This document shows positions 58,401 through 64,000 of a stretch of 64,000 nucleotides of DNA, one piece after another (the first letter of the stretch is position 1; each line of letters starts with the position of its first letter). The DNA lies in assembly GCA_965202585.1 (NCBI GenBank), contig OZ241829.1:4960001-5024000 (forward strand), read 5' to 3'. Made by a program: the position numbers and the translations under genes. This DNA is from Thalia democratica. Lineage: Eukaryota. The notes under the pieces were generated by a model. It did not search any database. It saw only the letters and a program-made list of their open reading frames with translations, and was not told where the DNA came from.

Positions 58401-61400
58401 ATTTAGATTGATATCTACCAATTTAATACAAATTGTATGAACTTTTATTTTTAAAGCTAACTATGGTTACAAATAACTATTTACTACCATGACTAAATGT
58501 AAATAGAAACATTTAATTATTTTTCCTTTATAATTATAAACAACTATTCGTTTTAAATGTTACCTTCTCTACTCATTTTAAATACAAACAAACACTTACC
58601 AACAGTACAACTACAAGGACAAGTCGAAGACGAGCAAGGTGAGAATGCATCCCCACAAAACGGACACAAGATTGGAAGCTGTCAAGAAGGCAACTGTCAA
58701 CAACAGTGAGGTAAATGTATAAAAATAAATAAAATAAATTATACAAAAATTTGGTTGCACTGTAAATAACAGTGAGGTAAACATTAAGTGTTCATTTATT
58801 TTAAAATGAATATTTATTTTATTTTAAATGAATTATTATAACTGATACCTAAATTAAAACAATAAAGACAGTAACAAACTAACTTAGAGCTTTATTATTT
58901 TTATTAGTTGCAATACCGAAGAAAGGACAAAGAAGCTTTGCACCACCACAGAGCGAGAGAAGCTGACTTTTACACTAAGAAGGCAATCAAGGTTTGTTAA
59001 TCAGAATATTTGCTGAAAAACAACTAAAAATTACTTCTACTTTTTGGTTTGTTTTTTTATTTTATTTATGTAAAACAAACCAAGTAAATATCTAAACTAT
59101 ATATTAATCAGGCTCAGGCTAACTTGAGCAACAACAAGTACACTGAAGACCACAAAGAAAACATCGGGATCTGTTCTTCGTATCCTTATGAGAAGAAAAC
59201 GGAGCATGTGTATGCTGCTAACGAAATTACCAGTGACGTAAGTAAATACTTGAAAAACAAAAAAAAAGTATTTTATACTTATGTAGTAAACTAATCTTGT
59301 GATCAGTGATGTAATTAAAAACTTGTGAAACATATAATACTTCATAAGTATTCCAGTTTTTGAGTAATAATAATAAAGTTGTATGTTGTTTAAAAACAAC
59401 TATTTTGGTATTAATTCACTCAAAAGCTGAAAAACATTAATGCCACTATACCTAACATAAACTTAATTAAAATTTAAAACAAGTACAAAGTGGACCTAAA
59501 AGAAAATGAGTACCAATTATAAACCCGAATATGAAGATTTTCACAATATTTAAAATAAATTTTAGAACAAGTACAAGGCTGATTTGAAAGAAATGAGGGG
59601 TGAAACGATGGTACCTCACGATGCTCCGGAATACGAACACGTCAGGAAAGTTACCGACCATATCAGTAAGGTCAGTAATAAATATTTAATATATAAATAA
59701 CTACCTGAGTAAGAACATGTCAGGAAAGTTACCGATCATATTAGTAAGGTTAGTAATAAGTATTTAATATATAAATAACTACCTGAGTAAGAACATGTCA
59801 GGAAAGTTACCGATCATATTAGTAAGGTTAGTAATAAGTATTTAATATATAAATAACTACCTGAGTAAGAACATGTCAGGAAAGTTACCGATCATATTAG
59901 TAAGGTTAGTAATAAGTATTTAATATACATTAAATATCTGAGTAAGAACATGTCAGGAAAGTTACCGACCATATCAGTAAGGTCAGTAATAAATATTTAA
60001 TATATAAATAACTACCTGAGTAAGAACATGTCAGGAAAGTTACCGATCATATTAGTAAGGTTAGTAATAAGTATTTAATATATAAATAACTACCTGAGTA
60101 AGAACATGTCAGGAAAGTTACCGATCATATTAGTAAGGTTAGTAATAAGTATTTAATATACATTAAATATCTGAGTAAGAACATGTCAGGAAAGTTACCG
60201 ACCATATCAGTAAGGTCAGTAATAAATATTTAATATATAAATAACTACCTGAGTAAGAACATGTCAGGAAAGTTACCGATCATATTAGTAAGGTTAGTAA
60301 TAAGTATTTAATATATATTAAATATCTGAGTAAGAACATGTCAGGAAAGTTACCGACCATATCAGTAAGGTCAGTAATAAATATTTAATATATAAATAAC
60401 TACCTGAGTAAGAACATGTCAGGAAAGTTACCGATCATATTAGTAAGGTTAGTAATAAGTATTTAATATATATTAAATATCTGAGTAAGAACATGTCAGG
60501 AAAGTTACCGACCATATCAGTAAGGTCAGTAATAAATATTTAATATATAAATAACTACCTGAGTAAGAACATGTCAGGAAAGTTACCGATCATATTAGTA
60601 AGGTTAGTTATCGAAGATGAAAGTTTTTTAAACTGTTTAGGTTTATTTAAAAATCTTATTTTTCTTATCTATTTTCAGAACAAATATGAAGAGGAAGCCA
60701 AAGACAAATCAAATATTTGCGTACTCGCTCAAACACCTCAAACTGAACTGGCAGCTAAAGTAACCGCTCTTGTCTCGGAAGTACGTTGAACAAATTAATA
60801 TTATATTAAGATAGCTGTACGCAACAGTATTTGCAATTTTTATTATATTCGTAGAACCAATACAAGAAGAATGTGAAGAAAAATGCAGCTCAGTTCACCG
60901 TATTGGATAACGATCCGAAGATCAAACACGCCATGCAAGTCAGCAACCATCAGAGCAAGGTTAGATATTGAAAACTATTATAAATGAAAGTTTTACAAAT
61001 GATATTCTATAATAAAAATACAATGTTTTACAAACACAAGACGGTTTATTTAAAACTAACAAAAATAAATATCAGCATCTTTAAAATGATTCTTTATGGA
61101 AATACCTAAGTTTTACAAAAAGTTGTTAAAAAACTATAACTATCTATTTTACAAATTATAGTTTATTAAAAATATTATAGAACCAGTACCAGCTGAAAGA
61201 CAAGCAAAAGAGACATGAGACTCAGTACGCGAAAGCAATCAGCCAATCGAAAGACGTGCAGATGACCCTACAGGCTCAGAAGAACATCAGCAATGTTTGT
61301 TACGTCATAACTAGTCATGACGTCATCATGTTGAGAAAAAATTCATGTTGTTTCATTATCAGTCAGCATCAAACATGTTATCAGCCATTCAAATATTATT

Positions 61401-64000
61401 TTCTCAGTCAACTTTTTCTTTTAGTAGAATTTTTCATTTTTATTTAAATACCCTTGAGAAAGGTTAGTGTTCTTAATTCAATCCTTTTTTTTATTGTGTT
61501 TTACCAATGTCAACTATTATCACTGTGTCTTATTATTAGCTGGATATCATTTATAAAAACTCTTTACTACACTGTTTGATAATTTTAATATTAAAACCTT
61601 CACTTTAGTTGTGCTTTTAACTACTAGGTTATTTAACATAATTAACTAGCATTTTCAACTATTAAACTCTTTATAGTTGTTCATTTAGTCATCATTTAAA
61701 AATTTGAACTTTTTTGTTACAGTAACAAAGTATACTCATGTTTTCAGTTTTATCAAGTACTTAGTCTTTATTGTTAAAACAATTTAAAAACTTATAATTT
61801 ACTTTATTTAAACAATTTCAATGTTTTTACTGGTGATTATTGCAGCTATGCTAGTAGTAATCAAATTTTCAAACTTAAATCATCCTTTTTTTTACTACAT
61901 TTGGTTAAACACTGTCAATAGTTCTTTTTTGCTCATTTTTTAAATGAGCTTATGTTTTCAGTAAAGGAATGTAACTTGTTTAACATTATCATTTTTAGTT
62001 CTTCATTTTAAATCATAAGAGAACGGCTTTAGTTTTCTTTTTTAAAAGAATCTTTGTTTTTGTCATTTACAGAAATTACTTTATTTTATATTTCAATTTT
62101 TTGTCGTCATATCATCATCATGAAACCATCATCTTTCATCTGAAAACATCATAGTTCACGTAACAACAATTACCATGGCAACACAGGCTGAATACAAGAA
62201 GCAATCAAGCAACAAGTTCACTGTGTTGGACAACACACCCCAGATCAAACATGCAGTTGAGGCCAACAAACTGCAGAGTGATGTGAGTTGTTTTTTGATT
62301 AATTTTTATTTTAAATTGACTAATTTTATTGTTGTTTTAGTTGGAATATAAACAACAAGCCACTCGCAAAACTATTTCAAGCTTGGACACTCCGGCTATG
62401 AGACACGCTTTCAAAGCTAACAAGCTTACAAGTGAGGTAAATGAGTAACAAGACTGATTTTATACTTTTGTAATATATCATGCGATATTGATATGAACAT
62501 GAATGTCGTATACAAACTTTGTTAAACAAAATACTACAAAAACAGTAAATAGCATTCCCTAAAAATGTTACAAATATAAATTAAATGTACTTGTATTAGT
62601 TGGAGTACAAAAAGGAACATAAGAAGGATATCAAAAAAGGATGGGAGTTTATTAAGGACACACCAGCGCAAGTATTTAATGAAGACATTCAAAAAGTGCA
62701 GTCTCAAGTAAGAATATAAAACTACTATCTAATTGATTAATCGTTCTGTTTTCGAGTTTACTTACTTTAATTAAAATTTTTAAACAATTTTTCTATAAAA
62801 GTTGTTTTATTGAACCTAAAAGTACTATTCATTCGAAGTATTAGAAAAAAATTTTAACACTTTTGTTTTTCACAAAATTTTTAAGAAATTATTTTAAAAC
62901 AAATTTAATATATCTTCACAAACAAATACGATAATAAAAAACAATTTTCCAGTTCAAGTACACGAAAGATCATCGTGAAAATGACGTTGGTAAGAAGAGA
63001 AGTGTCACTGAGAGACCTGACATCCAACATGCTGTTTCGAGAAAAGACATTGTCTCCGATGTTAGTTGAATAATTACCTTAAGTAAACACAAAATCTTAA
63101 AAGTTTTTTATTCTGTTTGTTATAACAACTGAACTGTTTAAAATGGTAGTATATAAGTACGCACTTATGTTTTATAGCCAAATAATGTTTTTAGCCAAGT
63201 ATGTTATAACGTTATGATTGTTTTTTTAAAACTTAAAAAAAAATTAGAAAATCCAATGTCACGCAGATGTACAGTTTGAACACATTAATTCTTTTCATAT
63301 AAATATTATATAAAATTGATAAAACAATGATTTTTATTTCAGTATGAATACACTCGCAACCATCGTGAGGGAATACACAAGGGTTACACTTTCACTCCGG
63401 ATGCTCCACTCATCAAGAAAGCTGAAGAAGTTACCAATCTTCAGAGCGAGGTGAGAAACAAACTGATAATGTCAAATAAAAAAACTTTTTGTGAAGTTGT
63501 AGTCTAAATTTACAAAGCAAGCTGTCAAATATATTTAGGTTTGTTAGTTACTTAACTAAAACTTAAATTCTTGCAGACTCTATACAGAAGAAAGTACGAT
63601 AAAAAAGGTAAAAGCTGGCAGGTTGAAATTGCTCCATCTACACAGCTTTACAAAGAAGCACAGAAACTAACTGATAAGGTTTGTATCTTAATCTTGTTTT
63701 TTATAATCTCTACGTTGTGTAACAACAAAATTTTGAAAAAAAAAGCTTAAGTAAATTGTTAAAAAAAGAATTAAGTAACGTACAGAAACAAATTAATGTT
63801 AAAAAAAGAGTTTAAAACTACAATAGAATTAAGTCACTCTTAATTACCTTATCTTAAATAAACTTCTTACATACGAAAAATGTTAATTAAAATATTTTAC
63901 TGTATATTCCATTCATAAAAGAATTAATAATTTTTTACTTAACCAAGCAATAAATTTCAAAATCATGGTATGCTAACATCCTTCCTTTGAAACAGATCGA
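1..64000 (+). CDS. NEB: Nebulin-like giant actin-binding repeat protein; internal part of a multi-exon gene (~163 exons, ~7,300 aa, ~200 modules in window; 5' and 3' ends outside window)
   Basis: Exons bounded by AG/GT join in one frame into ~35-aa modules with the S(D/E)xxY(K) motif and DTP/DAP mid-motifs typical of nebulin repeats. Seven-module periodicity. Most introns are phase 0 immediately after the SD/SE/SK/SN dipeptide. No start, stop, LIM or SH3 domain is seen. Orthology to vertebrate NEB versus NRAP/NEBL is not tested. Confidence 0.88.
1703..3555 (+). CDS. Nebulin-like super-repeat 2
   Basis: Exons 1703-1971, 2173-2292, 2574-2675, 3041-3148, 3396-3555. Confidence 0.92.
3763..5614 (+). 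CDS. Nebulin-like super-repeat 3 (near twin of SR2)
   Basis: Exons 3763-4031, 4324-4443, 4743-4844, 5089-5196, 5455-5614. Confidence 0.92.
5823..7090 (+). CDS. Nebulin-like super-repeat 4
   Basis: Exons 5823-6091, 6228-6347, 6416-6517, 6768-6875, 6934-7090. Confidence 0.92.
7631..8958 (+). CDS. Nebulin-like super-repeat 5
   Basis: Exons 7631-7899, 8033-8152, 8221-8322, 8632-8739, 8802-8958. Confidence 0.92.
9531..10997 (+). CDS. Nebulin-like super-repeat 6
   Basis: Exons 9531-9799, 9994-10113, 10180-10281, 10671-10778, 10841-10997. Confidence 0.92.
11398..13767 (+). CDS. Nebulin-like super-repeat 7
   Basis: Exons 11398-11666, 11833-11952, 12024-12125, 13443-13550, 13611-13767. Confidence 0.92.
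13924..15531 (+). CDS. Nebulin-like super-repeat 8
   Basis: Exons 13924-14192, 14591-14710, 14783-14884, 15207-15314, 15375-15531. Confidence 0.92.
15677..17015 (+). CDS. Nebulin-like super-repeat 9
   Basis: Exons 15677-15945, 16009-16128, 16188-16289, 16690-16797, 16859-17015. Confidence 0.92.
17119..17138. repeat. (TA)10 microsatellite in intron
   Basis: Direct reading of sequence. Confidence 0.9.
17425..19421 (+). CDS. Nebulin-like super-repeat 10
   Basis: Exons 17425-17693, 17757-17876, 18100-18201, 19088-19195, 19265-19421. Confidence 0.92.
19499..20922 (+). CDS. Nebulin-like super-repeat 11
   Basis: Exons 19499-19767, 19911-20030, 20096-20197, 20595-20702, 20766-20922. Confidence 0.92.
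20987..22456 (+). CDS. Nebulin-like super-repeat 12
   Basis: Exons 20987-21255, 21394-21513, 21589-21690, 22129-22236, 22300-22456. Confidence 0.92.
22643..24251 (+). CDS. Nebulin-like super-repeat 13 (exon A split by an extra intron)
   Basis: Exons 22643-22806, 23036-23140, 23211-23330, 23531-23632, 23703-23810, 24092-24251. Confidence 0.92.
24689..26284 (+). CDS. Nebulin-like super-repeat 14
   Basis: Exons 24689-24852, 25067-25171, 25242-25361, 25570-25671, 25742-25849, 26125-26284. Confidence 0.92.
26544..29619 (+). CDS. Nebulin-like super-repeats 15 and 16 (joined by fused 429-nt exon E15+A16)
   Basis: Exons 26544-26707, 26950-27054, 27125-27244, 27478-27579, 27641-27748, 28036-28464, 28689-28808, 28988-29089, 29145-29252, 29460-29619 (last exon uses a GC donor). 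Confidence 0.9.
29620..29892 (+). other. GC-AG intron (non-canonical donor G|GCTAGT)
   Basis: Exon 29460-29619 is exactly 160 nt, like paralogous E exons. The paralog at 31692 has ATCG|GTTTGT. Read-through gives GGC TAG stop. The downstream exon needs phase 1. Confidence 0.8.
29893..31692 (+). CDS. Nebulin-like super-repeat 17 (D+E fused)
   Basis: Exons 29893-30056, 30367-30471, 30711-30830, 31116-31223, 31425-31692. Confidence 0.9.
32114..34000 (+). CDS. Nebulin-like super-repeat 18
   Basis: Exons 32114-32277, 32607-32714, 32888-33007, 33258-33365, 33512-33619, 33841-34000. Confidence 0.9.
33991..34195 (+). repeat. Degenerate tandem duplication (~98/88 nt units) of exon end + donor + intron start
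   Basis: gatgctt|gtttgttt recurs at 34001, 34099 and (degenerate) 34187, with shared aaaatcattaaagaagggtaa. Confidence 0.8.
34382..37423 (+). CDS. Nebulin-like super-repeat 19
   Basis: Exons 34382-34548, 34908-35012, 36184-36303 (last unit of acceptor array), 36486-36587, 36816-36923, 37264-37423. Confidence 0.9.
35347..36228 (+). repeat. Tandem array of 11 x 83-84 nt units, each = intron 3' end/acceptor + first ~44 nt of exon; only the last copy continues as the real exon
   Basis: cag|attgcatacaagaaa at 35347, 35431, 35515, 35598, 35682, 35765, 35848, 35932, 36016, 36100, 36184. Confidence 0.95.
37640..39810 (+). CDS. Nebulin-like super-repeat 20
   Basis: Exons 37640-37803, 38210-38314, 38598-38717, 39028-39135, 39292-39399, 39651-39810. 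Confidence 0.9.
38861..39075 (+). repeat. Triplicated exon 5' half (83-84 nt units) upstream of exon 39028
   Basis: SKYRKEYENDKALVYF-like copies start at 38861, 38945 and 39028 (real). Confidence 0.9.
39988..41975 (+). CDS. Nebulin-like super-repeat 21
   Basis: Exons 39988-40151, 40322-40426, 40734-40853, 41065-41172, 41452-41559, 41816-41975. Confidence 0.9.
42273..46146 (+). CDS. Nebulin-like super-repeats 22 and 23 (altered exon boundaries)
   Basis: Exons 42273-42439, 42801-42905, 43174-43293, 43582-43689, 43919-44023, 44085-44189, 44441-44662, 44922-45026, 45171-45290, 45528-45740, 45955-46146. Confidence 0.88.
46496..48686 (+). CDS. Nebulin-like super-repeat 24 (one module per exon)
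   Basis: Exons 46496-46621, 46889-46993, 47210-47326, 47541-47648, 47876-47986, 48197-48307, 48582-48686. Confidence 0.87.
48931..51554 (+). CDS. Nebulin-like super-repeat 25 (one module per exon)
   Basis: Exons 48931-49044, 49368-49472, 49761-49880, 50130-50237, 50476-50583, 50937-51047 (divergent module; acceptor less certain), 51450-51554. Confidence 0.85.
52038..55332 (+). CDS. Nebulin-like super-repeat 26 and first module of a degenerate 27th
   Basis: Exons 52038-52148, 52578-52682, 53476-53663, 54068-54215 (phase-2 intron between these two; CA|A = Gln in FPFDLTKQYDA), 54668-54772, 55117-55332. Confidence 0.87.
54170..54445 (+). repeat. Exon 3' end + donor repeated 4x (73-74 nt units)
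   Basis: ...gaaacaatcgg(g/a)cat|gt donors at 54216 (real), 54289, 54363, 54437. Confidence 0.92.
55753..59670 (+). CDS. Nebulin-like simple-repeat region, part 1
   Basis: Exons 55753-55857, 56088-56204, 56658-56762, 57014-57121, 57425-57535, 57971-58060, 58215-58340, 58606-58710, 58908-58991, 59112-59237, 59566-59670. All phase 0; e.g. YKDDMFFMRGHLHPVPDTP, YKADLKEMRGETMVPHDAPEYEHVRKVTDHISK. Confidence 0.86.
56596..56640. repeat. Perfect 12-bp inverted repeat (ATGTAGACATGT / ACATGTCTACAT), 21-nt loop, just upstream of acceptor 56657
   Basis: Arms at 56596-56607 and 56629-56640 are exact reverse complements. Confidence 0.85.
57485..57810 (+). repeat. Exon 3' end + donor repeated 4x (81-96 nt units)
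   Basis: gctttgaaagcaagagaagc...agcaa(g/a)|gtttgt donors at 57536 (real), 57617, 57713, 57804. Confidence 0.92.
59626..60608 (+). repeat. Tandem array of 77-78 nt units, each = last ~45 nt of exon + donor + intron start; real donor plus 12 copies, two unit variants
   Basis: agtaag|gt(t/c)agt donors at 59671 (real), 59749, 59827, 59905, 59982, 60060, 60138, 60215, 60293, 60370, 60448, 60525, 60603. Confidence 0.95.
60679..64000 (+). CDS. Nebulin-like simple-repeat region, part 2 (last exon truncated by window edge)
   Basis: Exons 60679-60780, 60855-60959, 61181-61294, 62187-62282, 62341-62436, 62600-62707, 62953-63060, 63343-63450, 63577-63678, 63996-64000(partial). Modules such as VLAQTPQTELAAKVTALVSE and TVLDNTPQIKHAVEANKLQSD resemble C-terminal-region nebulin repeats. 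Confidence 0.86.
61300..61388 (+). promoter_or_regulatory. YCAY (TCAT/CCAT) cluster with perfect CRE palindrome TGACGTCA, directly downstream of a donor
   Basis: 7 YCAY in ~85 nt; TGACGTCA at 61318-61325 and TTACGTCA at 61300-61307. Function is not demonstrated. Confidence 0.4.
62107..62186 (+). promoter_or_regulatory. YCAY cluster and in-frame Kozak ATG immediately upstream of acceptor 62186
   Basis: 10 YCAY in 70 nt; accATGgcaacacag|gct at 62175 is in frame with exon 62187. Function is inferred. Confidence 0.4.

Noticed and set aside
1283-59661. Minus-strand ORFs in the supplied track (e.g. 13401-13784, 15165-15515, 17517-17969, 28108-28488)
   Set aside because: They overlap nebulin exons antisense, recur with the super-repeat and have low-complexity F/L/I-rich translations. 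They are shadows of the + strand code and AT-rich introns.
59626-60608. CRISPR-like array
   Set aside because: Units are contiguous near-identical repeats with no unique spacers, derived from the adjacent exon/intron junction; eukaryotic context and no cas genes.
61962-61970. 9-nt micro-exon candidate cag|TAAAGGAAT|gtaact introducing a stop
   Set aside because: Such AG...GT pairs arise easily by chance in an 890-nt intron; no supporting evidence without RNA-seq.
60679-64000. C-terminal serine-rich/SH3 domain or stop codon of nebulin
   Set aside because: All exons to the window edge are still nebulin repeats; the terminus lies beyond 64000.
1-64000. Pseudogene or non-standard genetic code
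   Set aside because: The spliced frame stays open under the standard code across all traced exons; stops occur only in introns and echoes.

Overview
The whole window is the interior of one very large, intron-rich eukaryotic gene on the + strand encoding a nebulin-like actin-binding repeat protein. Neither end of the gene is in the window. I traced about 163 exons by hand (GT-AG, one GC-AG; introns from 55 nt to about 1.3 kb) that splice into one open reading frame of about 7,300 aa, or roughly 200 nebulin modules (SDxxYK-type). Modules are organised as about 26 seven-module super-repeats (1 to about 55 kb), followed by simple repeats resembling the C-terminal part of vertebrate nebulin. The super-repeats lack the vertebrate WLKGIGW motif, are near-identical at the 5' end and diverged at the 3' end, and show stepwise intron gain/loss. 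The very AT-rich short introns plus a giant nebulin suggest an invertebrate chordate such as a tunicate; this is inference only. The most unusual signal is that more than 20 introns carry 'echo' copies of the adjacent exon end together with its splice site. These include a 13-donor tandem array (59.6-60.6 kb) and an 11-acceptor array (35.3-36.2 kb), and a subset of echoes differ from the real exon almost only at synonymous positions. Other signals are a strong GC3 mosaic between paralogous exons, a YCAY-dense intron with an in-frame Kozak ATG (candidate short isoform), and a hairpin that could sequester a 3' splice site. All coordinates and tallies are manual.
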